NCBI GenBank assembly: GCA_950097015.1
Contig: CATNEN010000024.1
Span: 5,270,001 to 5,334,000, forward strand
DNA length: 64,000 nucleotides
From: Macrostomum hystrix
Lineage: Eukaryota > Animalia > Platyhelminthes
Direction: 5' to 3'
A program made the position numbers and the translations under genes. The notes beneath the pieces are model-generated. The model did not search any database. It worked only from the letters and a program-made list of their open reading frames with translations, and had not been told where the DNA came from. Below, one piece after another: positions 25,881 to 38,264 of the stretch (positions are counted from its first letter, which is position 1; each line of letters starts with the position of its first letter).

Positions 25881-26388
25881 TCCAGTTTACAAAGAACTTA
25901 ACAAAACAATTTTTAGTAAGATAAGTATAGTTAATATCATTAAAAAAAGAAAAAAATATGCATTCTAGACTACTTTTTAGCAGTAGTTTAGTGAGGAAAA
26001 AAACAACAATCAAACAATGAAATAATGACATGGCTGGGTTTGTGCATTCTGTGGTAATCCAGCTTTGTGCACTAATTAAAAAGATTTTGTTAAACAAATC
26101 GGAATAGAACTAGGAGACGCGCGCGAGTTTCTTAGGTCGCGCAGTCGGTGTTTTCGATGGAAAATTAGCGATAAAAAATCAGATATACAGATTCATAATT
26201 TCAATAATTATCTAGATAGCAAAAGTGGAACAGAATTCAATAATCCTCAGAGAAACTGACACTCAGGCGTAGCTCAGCAAGGTCAAAGCGGAGCTGAAAA
26301 TCCGGTGAAAATCATTCCGTATTCAAGCCGCAGACTCGAGTGACCCGCCCGGATGCGCAACCGCTTCTAACAAACTGCGACTCTCCGC

Positions 26389-29300
26389 TCACTGAGCCTC
26401 CGCGCGCCGCGACTCGGGAGCCGACCTGCGCGACGAGCCCGGCCGCAGCACAGCGAACCCGGCGTACATCACAGCTGCAACCACGTGCACGACTAGGTAC
26501 ATGGACCTGCACAGGTTTCGAAGGCAGTGCGCTCATTGCGGGGACTGTTCTTTGGTTCGATGTCTGATTTTAAAAGCATGTACCCAGAAACAGATTGCCT
26601 TCACCGCCTAACCCTTGCCCCAACGTCTCTCTCCGCCTAACCCTTGCCCCAACACCTCTCTCCGCCTAACCCTTGCCCCAACACCTCTCTCCGCCTAACC
26701 CTTGCCCCAACACCTCTCTCCGCCTAACCCTTGCCCCAACACCTCTCTCCGCCTAACCCTTGCCCCAACACCTCTCTCCGCCTAACCCTTGCCCCAACAC
26801 CTCTCTCCGCCTAACCCTTGCCCCAACACCTCTCTCCGCCTAACCCTTGCCCCAACACCTCTCTCCGCCTAACCCTTGCCCCAACACCATTCTCAACACC
26901 TCACATTGAAGATACTTAAATTAACTGCAAGACCTTAAATACTCCTTACCACCAAAACCTTAGACCCTTTGATAACTCCAGTAAAGCAAAGGCTCCGGCC
27001 CCGTAGTTAAGCGTTGTAATGGACGCCACTCCGGTTATAATATCGTAGCCAATCCTAGTTGCTTCCGTACTCTGAAAGTGTGGCCTCAGATGTCGGCGCG
27101 CCTGTAAATTGTGAAAAAAACCAGTGTCACATAAATCACATTGAAATCTTTGAAAAATGTGTAACACGTGTCAAAAACACACCAGCCGGGCAACAGTGGT
27201 GAAGAATGCCACAGAAATGAACAGTAGATAGTAGCCAGGATAGAAGCCGTGCCAGGCAGCCGAGGCGACAAACACAGCCAGGGTGGCGTGCCTGCTTGGC
27301 ACCCGTTCGTAGACGCACTCTCGCAGCCAGTGCACAGTGCTGATGTTCCAATTGTCTATGGCCATTTTCATTGACGTGGACAACTGCGAATGCGAAGGAT
27401 TTGAAGCTGTTGCATTAACAAGTCATACTAGCCTATGCATTCGATCACAATGCAATGTTACCTCAACTCCGGTGAATTCAAAGTTCTGCACTGTCTTATA
27501 CTCCGGTTTGCCTGTATTCTTGTTAATACCGGTGAAGCCGCAGCCAGAGGCTAGGTAGGACAGCTCGCCTGCCAATTAGCGAGAATAGGGAATTATCAAT
27601 CTAGTCAACAGTAAGACGTTAGAAGAAACGCTTGCTTTTAGATAATTAGGATGATTAGGAACATCCTAGATAATTAGGAACACCCATTTGATGAGGGCGA
27701 GTGGCAGATTGGTCAACGCGTTTGCCTCTCGCATTAAGGTCCCAGAGCTCGATTCCGCGGCGATGCCATATTCATTTGGGGCGCAGCCACGGAGAGAAGG
27801 CTTGGGGGCTTGTCGTGCAATTTACGCCGTACAGGGCCAACCTCCAAGGCACAGTGACAGTGTACACTGCCTGACGATGAAAAAGTCAGTGCAGATGTAC
27901 ACACCTGTGTGATGTTGTGCTCAGGACTCAGCGGAATAGGCAGAATTGCCTCCTCGCTGGCTGCTGGTCGACTGTCTAAATGATGAGGCAGTAACCGTGC
28001 CCATCCTGCAAATATGACTCGTATTATTATTAAAACGCACATTTAGACTCACCCAGACTCCAGGCAAAGTAATAGCGCTGCCTAATAACAAAACAGGCCA
28101 ATGTCAGGTAGAACCATTTGCTAATAAATGAGTAGGATTGAAAGCCGTCCTCTGCAAGTTGTTGAGTTTGTATCAAATCAGGATATAAAAAGGTTGAAAA
28201 TTTCAATTATTTCTAACTTAACGCGATTATTCTCACCAGCTAAAAATTCTAGCGGAAAGATTGGCTGCATAGTCAGTGTGACCATTGCGAAGAACACGGT
28301 CCACTTGGCTACCGTTAGCATGCGACCGGTGCCGTGCAGATAGTGCTCGCGCTGCTCTCTCTGAAATATGTATTTACGACAACAACAACAATAATAATAA
28401 TAGTAATCATAATAATAACAAGTGCACGCCAACAAAGGTTGGCGTGACCACATTCGATTCCACGGCGAGACCACTTTCACTTGGTACGCAGCCGCGGAGA
28501 GAAGGCTTGGGGGCTTGTCGTGCAATTTACGCCGTACAGGGCCAACCTCCAAGGCACAGTGAGAGTGTACACTGCCTGACGATGATAAAGTCAGGGCAGA
28601 TGTACACACCTGTGTGAGCGTATGCCTGCGTACAGTATCTGTGTGCGTGTGTGCTCAGGAGTCAGCGAAATGGGCAGAATTGCCTCCTCGCTAGCTGCGG
28701 GTCTAGTGTCACCAAATGATGTGCCATTGCCCGCAGCCCTCCAGCAATTACTATTATTCTTATCATATTACGAAGCAAAAAAACTTAAAAAACAAAGTGT
28801 AAGAGAAAAAAGTAATCGCAGGGAAAACTAAGCCAGAAGGAAAATAATTGCAGATATATTTTGAAGCATTTACACTACTTGCGTTCATTGATGCAATCTT
28901 GTGCAATCTTTTCTCATAAGTGAGAGTTTACACTTTATTAAATGAGGCATTCGGTTAAAAACACACGCAATAACACTTGCCGTCAGTTCCGCCGGAATAG
29001 GCATTGTGCCGTCCATGTAGTTCTTGAAGTCGACAAAGAATACAAATGGCCCAACTAGGATGCCTTGAAAGTGTAGCAGGTAGGTGTAGTACTGCAGCAG
29101 GCTGGGAAAATCTCTGCAATGGAATAGACGAAGCTAAATATACTACTGATGGTACACAATAAAGAAAATAACTAGACTTGACCTAATAAAATTGACAAAA
29201 TCAGACCTGACAAAATGCATTTGCTGCCTCTCCGTCAACTGTACTTTGGCTTTCCCGCCTCCAATGTCCGTCTTGGCCTCTCTGTTCTTCTCTTCTTGTT

Positions 29301-31190
29301 GATCGTCATTCAGCAGTTTAGCTGACTTCTCGACTGCTGTCACGACTGTACCGTCGTAGATATTGAAGGCCAGGGTAGACAAACGCTGAGTGGAAATCAT
29401 CAGTGGCCTACAGAAAGCACATCATTTATTGATTGATAAAGCTAGTAAATTTAGATTGCACTTTATTCAATAAAGTCTAATTACCCAGTAATGTCCAGTG
29501 TGTAGCCGCCATAATCATAGTACTGACGCATTAGGTGACACACTGACAGGTAGACAATTGCAAATATACAGGCTAGGAATCTGGCATACCGTTTATCAGC
29601 AAACATCATAATTAGCAGACAGAAGGTGCCCTGAATCAGTAGGTGCAGTATCTGACTGAAAGCAAATATTAAATTGGAACGCAATCTTGTTAGAATGAGT
29701 AAGTAATATCCTCTAAAACAAATGTACATAATTCTGCATGAATAACTGTATTCTTACTATTACCCAACAGAACAGTGATTCCTAAACAAAAAAGCATACG
29801 AGTCAAATCGGGTGAGTAGCAAAGCTGTTGGCGAGTTTGCCTTTTGCACCCACGACCCTTGTATTATCTACTGTTTGATTAATTTTAGATGCAGTCATGT
29901 AGAGATGGCTTGTAAGGGCCAACCTCCAAGGCCCAGTGAGAGTGTACACTGCCTGACAACTAAAAAGTCGCTTGTTTCAGTGGCTGCAAGGTCTGTCACC
30001 AAATAATAGTGCCAGTACACAGATCCCTCATGCAATAATTTTTATTCTTACAATATGCAATACTCACTGTCCAAAGCAGAATAGACAAAGCAGGGTGCCA
30101 ACAACAAGGGAGACAACATATCTGATGGTGTTAGAGCTTCCAGCTGTGGCTGGAAAGTACTTTTGAAAAGGCCGGCCAAATCCAATTGCAATTAGTTGAC
30201 AGACAATGAAGTTCAACTAAAATTTGTTTTAGTATAGAATAGCTGACAGTTAAATTAGAATTTTCATTCCATGTTTCATAGCTATTAAATATAGCATATT
30301 TCTTAGCTGTTGAGCATAAAAGCCTAAGAAAGCTTTTTAATGCCTTAACTTAAGCAATAGCACTTTTGCCATAGCTAATCTTGTGCTTATAAAGCTTGAA
30401 GTAAACTTTTTTTCATAAATAAAAAGTTGATTTTTACTAGCTAGTGTATATTTAAAATGCTTTTGATGGAAATATTTTAAAATGCTTTTAAAATGATAGT
30501 ATATCTATAAAATGTAAATTTATTTTATTGCCATACAATTGACTGAGTACCAATATCTATGTAGTTATCTATGTAGCTATGTAGTTATAGGCCCTTTAAG
30601 TTTTATATCTACTCTTTAGTTTATAAGTAAAAAGTTTCACTATGTCTATAGGCCTAGTTAATTTATAAATATGAAGTCTGTATCTATTGTCTGTTAGCAA
30701 ATGAGATGGTGGTAGACAAAGAGACTGGACCCCCAAAATACTAAATTCACTGATTGATTTGATTTTACAGTTGATTATTTACTTTTTGCTAGTTGCTTCT
30801 ATGGATTGATAGCTATAATAACCCATTGTATCGATGACAAAGGTTCTCAGAAAACTTGTTTTTATGTTGATTACACTAAAAGGCACAAAATTAGTTTTTA
30901 TTTTATATTATATTTTTATATACTTATAATATCTCCCTTAGGAGAGAATAGATAATCATTTAGAAAGTGCATTCAATTCTAGAAAGTAAAATGTACATTT
31001 TATATACTAGAGCGAAATTTAAAAACAAAAAAGCATAGGCCTAGCCATAGGAATGGTTACTTGCGTGTAAGGCAATGGGCCAAAGTTTTTTGATGCTGCA
31101 ACGACTGTAGTGTCTTACCTTGTCCACAGTGAGTCCAGTAAATGGAACCAAGGGTGACAAAAGATAACTTCCTGAATAGAAGTCAGACAT
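26389..31190 (-). CDS. MBOAT1/2: MBOAT1/2-type lysophospholipid acyltransferase, about 508 aa, 11 exons
   Basis: Exons 31190-31119, 30216-30068, 29655-29485, 29407-29207, 29113-28981, 28360-28237, 28151-28053, 27568-27462, 27383-27183, 27101-26950 and 26506-26389 total 1527 nt in frame. Motifs: YDYGGYTLDITGPLMISTQR, RQRYYFAWSL, catalytic DNWNI and AAWHGFYPGYY. Confidence 0.93.
26603..26890. repeat. 29-bp minisatellite (CCTAACCCTTGCCCCAACACCTCTCTCCG), intronic
   Basis: About 10 copies. Confidence 0.95.
27690..28030 (+). mobile_element. tRNA-derived SINE, family 1
   Basis: Head GGGCGAGTGGCAGATTGG...GAGCTCGATTCC, shared body and (ATT)n tail. Confidence 0.85.
28435..28760 (+). mobile_element. 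tRNA-derived SINE, family 1 (5' end degraded)
   Basis: TTCGATTCCACGGCGAGACCAC followed by the shared body; a further short fragment lies at about 29915-29960. Confidence 0.85.
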
Positions 31191-33577
31191 TGTTTTTTTA
31201 TTTGCGTCTGGCCTATACAGTAAGATTAAGTTATGTTAGCTAATAATACTTAGCAGACTGCTGGTCATCACAATACGAAAGTATACTTAAATAGCCGACA
31301 CGACAAAGCAGTTAAATTAAATCAATTACTTTCGTAGAAATCTCGAATAACAGTATATCACTATTTCTTATTGTTACGTTTAGAATAAAACGTTTTAAAT
31401 AGATACGCTGCTTCATATTTTATTAGTGGGTGCCCGGTACTAAGTGATTTCTTTAACATGGCGATTGAAAACGTATTAATTTCCCGATTGACATTCACAT
31501 TCACATTCACATTCAAACAAGAGTATTGTAACTTAAAAAATAACCATTCAATTACAGCGAAACTTACAAGATCTTCTGATGCAACTAAGATAACGTTCCA
31601 AAATAAATATAATTTATTTTTGTCAATGCATAAAAGAATTACACAGCTTTGAAGTTTGTTCCTATCTCCGCAGTGTATATTCTTGTACTTTCAAAAAGTA
31701 ACTTCTACTGCATCAATCGCAATGAAAATTTACAAAACCTCTGATGCAATCGAGTTGATTGGATGTGTAAAATTTCAGACTGATTCATGAAAGCGTCTGC
31801 GGGTTATTCAATGTTAAAGTGTGTTCGTATCTCCGTAGTGTATTTTTGGGAGCCAGCTTGACATTCGCAGGCAGACACTTCTACTGCATCAATCGCAATG
31901 AAAATTTACAAAACCTCTGATGCAATCGAGTTGATTGGATGTGTAAAATTTCAGGCTGATTCATGAAAGCGTCTGCGGGTTATTCAATGTTAAAGTGTGT
32001 TCGTATCTCCGTAGTGTATTTTTGGGAGCCAGCTTGACATTCGCAGGCAGACACTTCTACTGCCTCAATCGCAATGAAAATTTACAAAACCTCTGATGCA
32101 ATCGAGTTGATTGGATGTGTAAAATTTCAGGCTGATTCATGAAAGCGTCTGCGGGTTATTCAATGTTAAAGTGTGTTTCGTATCTCCGTAGTGTATTTTT
32201 GGGAGCCAGCTTGACATTCGCAGGCAGACACTTCTACTGCATCAATCGCAATGAAAATTTACAAAACCTCTGATGCAATCGAGTTGATTGGATGTGTAAA
32301 ATTTCAGGCTGATTCATGAAAGCGTCTGCGGGTTATTCAATGTTAAAGTGTGTTCGTATCTCCGTAGTGTATTTTTGGGAGCCAGCTTGACATTCGCAGG
32401 CAGACACTTCTACTGCCTCAATCGCAATGAAAATTTACAAAACCTCTGATGCAATCGAGTTGATTGGATGTGTAAAATTTCAGACTGATTCATGAAAGCG
32501 TCTGCGGGTTATTCAATGTTAAAGTGTGTTCGTATCTCCGTAGTGTATTTTTGGGAGCCAGCTTGACATTCGCAGGCAGACACTTCTACTGCCTCAATCG
32601 CAATGAAAATTTACAAAACCTCTGATGCAATCGAGTTGATTGGATGTGTAAAATTTCAGACTGATTCATGAAAGCGTCTGCGGGTTATTCAATGTTAAAG
32701 TGTGTTCGTATCTCCGTAGTGTATTTTTGGGAGCCAGCTTGACATTCGCAGGCAGACACTTCTACTGCCTCAATCGCAATGAAAATTTACAAAACCTCTG
32801 ATGCAATCGAGTTGATTGGATGTGTAAAATTTCAGACTGATTCATGAAAGCGTCTGCGGGTTATTCAATGTTAAAGTGTGTTTCGTATCTCCGTAGTGTA
32901 TTTTTGGGAGCCAGCTTGACATTCGCAGGCAGACACTTCTACTGCCTCAATCGCAATGAAAATTTACAAAACCTCTGATGCAATCGAGTTGATTGGATGT
33001 GTAAAATTTCAGACTGATTCATGAAAGCGTCTGCGGGTTATTCAATGTTAAAGTGTGTTCGTATCTCCGTAGTGTATTTTTGGGAGCCAGCTTGACATTC
33101 GCAGGCAGACACTTCTACTGCATCAATCGCAATGAAAATTTACAAAACCTCTGATGCAATCGAGTTGATTGAATGTGTAAAATTTCAGACTGATTCATGA
33201 AAGCGTCTGCGGGTTATTCAATGTTAAAGTGTGTTCGTATCTCCGTAGTGTATTTTTGGGAGCCAGCTTGACATTCGCAGGCAGACACTTCTACTGCATC
33301 AATCGCAATGAAAATTTACAAAACCTCTGATGCAATCGAGTTGATTGGATGTGTAAAATTTCAGACTGATTCATGAAAGCGTCTGCGGGTTATTCAATGT
33401 TAAAGTGTGTTTCGTATCTCCGTAGTGTATTTTTGGGAGCCAGCTTGACATTCGCAGGCAGACACTTCTACTGCATCAATCGCAATGAAAATTTACAAAA
33501 CCTCTGATGCAATCGAGTTGATTGGATGTGTAAAATTTCAGACTGATTCATGAAAAGCGTCTGCGGGTTATTCAATA

Positions 33578-34295
33578 TGTTGTGATTTAATAGTTTCTAT
33601 GTACTGTATTTAATAGTTTCTATGTACTGTATTTTTCGGTGCACTTTCACAGTCGCGTTGCACTTTGAGTCGCCCCCCTGCCCCTTTCTTGCTCTGCGCC
33701 TGCCTGCCTATCAATTTCTCTCACCCCTGGCGTCTGATTGGTTGAGCTAAGACGTTGCGTACCCCCGGTTATTGTCATCTTCCGTTCCTGCCCTCTCATT
33801 GGTTCGCGGCTCGCCCAGTTGTCTTATTGACCCTGCGTGATTGGCGAGGCTGCGACTGGTTCTCTCTCTTACTTTCTCTTACTTTCTCTCTCTACCCTGC
33901 AGCTTAGCCGTGATCGGGTATTACCCTGCTCACCCTGGGTGAGCAGGTCTTATTTATTGGCGTGCGCGCGCTCGTCCCCCTCGGACGTGACTGTTTTGTT
34001 TTGTTGAGCACCCCAACCACCGCCTACCAGACAAAATACATCAACTCAGCCAGCTCTCCCGAGCGCAAACCCGCACTGCAAGCCTACGTAAGTGTCGTCT
34101 GCCTCTGTCTTTTCGGGTTCAGTCACTAGGACTTTGTCGCCAGGGCCTGTGCATTCGTTGCGACCTTGGTTGCCGGCTTACTGCCTGTGCGTCTAGTGCG
34201 ACAGTAGGCCGACACATAGTAGGACGGAAGTGCTGAACCTCCCTGCTCGTCCTGAGCGAGAGGCGAAGCCGGCTGGCCCGTCTCGGGACACAACA
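33578..34295 (+). mobile_element. 5' LTR (718 bp) of a Ty3/gypsy-like retrotransposon
   Basis: Begins TGTTG and ends CAACA; followed after 1 nt by a PBS and then by gag. Confidence 0.85.
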
Positions 34296-34296
34296 T

Positions 34297-34314
34297 TGGT
34301 GTCGTGACCAGGAT
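34297..34314 (+). other. Primer binding site, tRNA-His type
   Basis: TGGTGTCGTGACCAGGAT; the reverse complement ATCCTGGTCACGACACCA matches the recalled invertebrate tRNA-His 3' end ATCCTGGTCACGGCACCA with one mismatch. Confidence 0.8.
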
Positions 34315-34458
34315 AGTTCGTGCCTGTTAGGATCCTCGACCCCATGTGTTAATTAGCTTAGGGATTCTGTTCAGGAGGGTTGTTTTCTAGGACTTTTGCC
34401 AGTGCTTTGTTGTTGCCGTGATATTTTTATCTTGTGATTCGAGGATTTTGTTGTCGTC

Positions 34459-35637
34459 ATGGGAGACGAAGGAGTGAATCGCCTCGTGGAGCTGATGACT
34501 GCGTCGGTGCGTCGGACCTTGCAGCAGGAGATAAATGCAGCGCAGAATGTCCAGAGGCCAGCGAAGCCGCCGAAGTATTCTAGTGGAGACAACTTTCGCC
34601 TGTGGTTGCAGAAGTTCAACGCTTATTGTGATGCTGCGCAGATTGCGGAGGCCGCTCGAAGGCCGCACCTGCTTAGCTTCTTGGATTTGAATACAGCATT
34701 TGCAGCGGTGGAGAATCTACAGCTGGATGAGGATCTGGAATATCAGGAGTTTACGGACGCTCTGTTGGAAAGGTTTCAGCAGCACCGCACGACTGAAGAT
34801 TACCGGATGGAGCTGGAGTCACGAGTGCAGAAGGAGGGCGAGACCTACGAGGCATACGCCGATGCACTGCTGGAGCTGGCGAGGAATGCCTACCCTGAAG
34901 ACGAGCTGCCCGCTGAGATTGTCAACAGTTTTGCAAGGGACAGATTCAAGAAGGGCATTAAGGCTACTGAGAGCGTCAAGGAGTACGTGATCCTTCAACA
35001 GCCTGCTACTCTCGCTGAGGCTGTGCGTTGCGTTCGACGAAAGGAGGCAGCTACTCTAGCCGCCAAGACGTCAGGCTCGGACCAGACCTCCAGGAAGACG
35101 ACATCAGGTGTGGCTGCCGTGGACACCAGAGCCGCCAGTTCAGAAGGTTTTGGAGCGCTTCAGCAGCGGATCCGTGAGCTGGAAGACCAACTGAAGCGGC
35201 TGAGCCAGACGCCGCCTCCTCGACAGTCTGCTGCACCGTCGCCTGCTGGGTCTGCGCGTCCGCGCGGCCCGGGGCCCGGGTTGCTAGGAGACAGGGGGGC
35301 CTGCGCGTACGCCGCGACCCCTAGTCGTCTAGCAGAGCAACAGCAGAGGCAGCATGGTGCTTGCTTTCAGTGCGGAGATGTCGGCCACCTAGCGCGTGAG
35401 TGTCCTAGTCGCGTCGGAAGGATGCAGCAACCGCCACCGAGCACAGCAGCGATGACTGTTGGTCCAAGGCGTAGCTACGCGTGCAACCAGCCAGGTCATC
35501 TGGCCAAGAATTGTCGGTTGGGAAACTTCAGCAGGGCGAAAACTGATTTATTCGTTCAAAAATACTACAATAAGACACTTAAACAACTTAACACTAAAAA
35601 ATTCTCATTAAATCACACAGCCCCTCTTTTACTGTAA
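34459..35637 (+). CDS. gag: Retrotransposon Gag (capsid plus zinc knuckles); pol is absent and the last ~33 codons run into unrelated AT-rich DNA
   Basis: PPKYSSGDNFRLWLQKF, QKEGETYEAYADALLELARNAYP, CCHC knuckle CFQCGDVGHLAREC and degenerate second knuckle SYACNQPGHLAKNC. Base composition switches abruptly at about 35538. Confidence 0.88.
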   Translation: MGDEGVNRLVELMTASVRRTLQQEINAAQNVQRPAKPPKYSSGDNFRLWLQKFNAYCDAAQIAEAARRPHLLSFLDLNTAFAAVENLQLDEDLEYQEFTDALLERFQQHRTTEDYRMELESRVQKEGETYEAYADALLELARNAYPEDELPAEIVNSFARDRFKKGIKATESVKEYVILQQPATLAEAVRCVRRKEAATLAAKTSGSDQTSRKTTSGVAAVDTRAASSEGFGALQQRIRELEDQLKRLSQTPPPRQSAAPSPAGSARPRGPGPGLLGDRGACAYAATPSRLAEQQQRQHGACFQCGDVGHLARECPSRVGRMQQPPPSTAAMTVGPRRSYACNQPGHLAKNCRLGNFSRAKTDLFVQKYYNKTLKQLNTKKFSLNHTAPLLL

Positions 35638-36769
35638 AAAAACTACACAGGCTGATTTATAAGCCCGCGAAGATCAATTGCCTTGAATTCATTGCGAGCT
35701 GATGTCAAGATGCACTGGCTCCCAAAAATACACTACGGAGATACGAAACACACTTTAAAATTGAATAACCCGCAGACGCTTTCATGAATCAGCCTGAACT
35801 TTTACACATCCAATCAACTCGATTGCATCAGAGGTTTTGTAAATTTTCATTGCGATTGATGCAGTAGAAGTGTCTGCCTGCGAATGTCAAGCTGGCTCCC
35901 AAAAATACACTACGGAGATACGAACACACTTTAACATTGAATAACCCGCAGACGCTTTCATGAATCAGTCTGAAATTTTACACATTCAATCAACTCGATT
36001 GCATCAGAGGTTTTGTAAATTTTCATTGCGATTGAGGCAGTAGAAGTGTCTGCCTGCGAATGTCAAGCTGGCTCCCAAAAATACACTACGGAGATACGAA
36101 ACACACTTTAAAATTGAATAACCCGCAGACGCTTTCATGAATCAGTCTGAAATTTTACACATCCAATCAACTCGATTGCATCAGAGGTTTTGTAAATTTT
36201 CATTGCGATTGATGCAGTAGAAGTGTCTGCCTGCGAATGTCAAGCTGGCTCCCAAAAATACACTACGGAGATACGAAACACACTTTAACATTGAATAACC
36301 CGCAGACGCTTTCATGAATCAGTCTGAAATTTTACACATCCAATCAACTCGATTGCATCAGAGGTTTTGTAAATTTTCATTGCGATTGATGCAGTAGAAG
36401 TTACTTTTTGAAAGTACAAGAATATACACTGCGGAGATAGGAACAAACTTCAAAGCTGGGTAATTCTTTTATGCATTGACAAAAATAAATTATATTTATT
36501 TTGGAACGTTATCCTAGTTGCATCAGAAGATCTTGTAAGTTTCGCTGTAATTGAATGGTTATTTTTTAAGTTACAATACTCTTGTTTGAATGTGAATGTG
36601 AATGTGAATGTCAATCGGGAAATTAATACGTCGATTGAAATCACTTAACCGTCGTTTAAACGAACAAAAACTACGCGATTAATGTGATATCGCGTGCTTA
36701 TGTAAAATGCATGCAACAATAACAACAAACCACAACAAAAGACGCTAACCCCAAAAGTCAGGGAGGCAG

Positions 36770-37839
36770 CGTCAGATGGCGCGCCGCAGAGCCAGCGCGC
36801 GAACATGGTACGCGCCGGTGGCAGTGTCGGGCGCCACGCGGCGTCGCTCAGCAAGCAGTCGACTTGGCCGCGCGGGTCCGAGCCTGGGCGCGCCTGAACG
36901 GGGTGAGCAGGGTGAGCAGCAGGACGTCCTGGGCGGGCTGGCCGCAGTAGCGAATAACGTGGCCCGCTAGTCGAAGTATGGTGGCGCAGGATGGTGGACG
37001 GGCCTTGCAGCTGGGCTCTCTCGTACGAGCCTCTCGGTCCCGACGCTCTCGTCAGCTTGAAAGGCCGCACAGAGCAGCCCCGAGTGCACTGAGTCCAGCT
37101 GCCGCTCCAGCGTTGCCGTCAGCGTCCACGACTCGGCATTTTACAGCAGGACGGTCTTGACCACCGCCTGCCACAGCTGAGCCCTCTGGTGGTCAGCCAG
37201 CGCTGTGGACTGGAGGACGGCCCGGATCGAACGGTAGGCCGCCCATGCGAGTCCTCTGCGCCGCCGGATGTTCTCTTCCACGTTGGGCACCAGACCGCCG
37301 AAGTAAGTGAACCGCTGGCAGCGTGCGAGCGAGATGATCTGCCCGTCTGCGCCGCGGCACGTCAGGTCCGCTGGAATGTCGGCCAGCACGGTCAGCACCT
37401 CGGTATTAAGCGTGTTGATCACTAGGCCGACGCTTGATGCCACCTCAGCCAACCTGTCAATCTGGCGCTGGGCACCTTCGACAGTCGAGGACAGGAGGGC
37501 GAGGTCGTCGGCGTAGCCAAGCACGCTGAGGCGCTTCTCATCGTGGCGGCGACCGATGCGTCTGTGCAGCAGGAAGCCGTCTTCCACCGAGGGGAGCGCA
37601 GTCCGAAGCACCCAGTCCAGGAGAAGCACGAAGAGGAACGGGGCTAGCGTCTCGCCCTGCAGCACTCCTGACGAGGTGGCAAATAGGTCGGACAGGCCGT
37701 CCGCCGTAACAACATCAGCGCGCGTGTCGCGATACAGAGACATGACAGCGGCGACTAGCTGCTCCGGGACCCGGTAGGCATGAAGGACAAGTGAGATCGC
37801 GGCTCTCGACACCAAGTCAAACGCCTTGCGGAAGTGCAA
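36770..37839 (-). pseudogene. 5'-truncated, decayed RTE-like non-LTR retrotransposon reverse transcriptase
   Basis: FRKAFD, SGVLQGETLAPFLF, YADD and FTYFGG motifs. Premature TAA where the conserved Tyr is expected (LL*NAESWTL), downstream frameshifts, and a (TTG)-rich tail near 36715-36745. Confidence 0.88.
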
Positions 37840-38264
37840 AAATCGAATATAAGTGCAACAACAGCATTACTATACACCCTTTTGCTACGAGTTTTTTCCC
37901 GCCGTTTTTCCACCTTCTGGTATCATTTCGTGCCTCACAAAAGTTCTTTTCAGTGCGTAGGCAAGTTTATTTATGCAATCCAAAATATTTTTACCTTTTT
38001 GATTCACAGCTACAGATTTGAATATCATATCATATTCTGCCCGAGGACCAATGTAGTCCTTGATTTCTGCCTGACGTCTAAAAAAATCTACTCCCGTTGC
38101 TCCTAATATCCTTTTAATTTCTGATCGAAAAGCGGTGTCTCAAGTGCCCTGTAGGCGCTGAAAAATTACGGACCAAAAACTCGAACATTCCGTACCGTTA
38201 GATCACTAATTTAAAAAGTCAGCTCCTTAATTTTAAAGAGACTAAAATTGTTTAGAAACTTTTG

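Larger units (their letters stand above)
31441..36647. mobile_element. Foldback-like element: long inverted arms of ~260 bp terminus plus 176-bp tandem units
   Basis: 31441-~33576 and ~35700-36647 are reverse complements. The left arm has about 10.6 units and the right about 4. Both termini carry (ACATTC)n and TAAGTGATTTC. TA flanks both ends as a possible TSD. Confidence 0.85.

Noticed and set aside
26603-26890. Telomere-like CCTAACCC motif
   Set aside because: It is one motif inside a 29-bp unit, not tandem TTAGGG.
280-31190. FLVCR plus MBOAT as a phospholipid-metabolism gene cluster
   Set aside because: The genes are 19 kb apart with unrelated genes between them; nothing beyond thematic coincidence supports a cluster.
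33908-33917. GCCGTGATCG in the LTR, identical to the recalled tRNA-His 5' end
   Set aside because: Only 10 nt and in the same sense as the tRNA, so it cannot pair with the primer on the RNA; likely chance.
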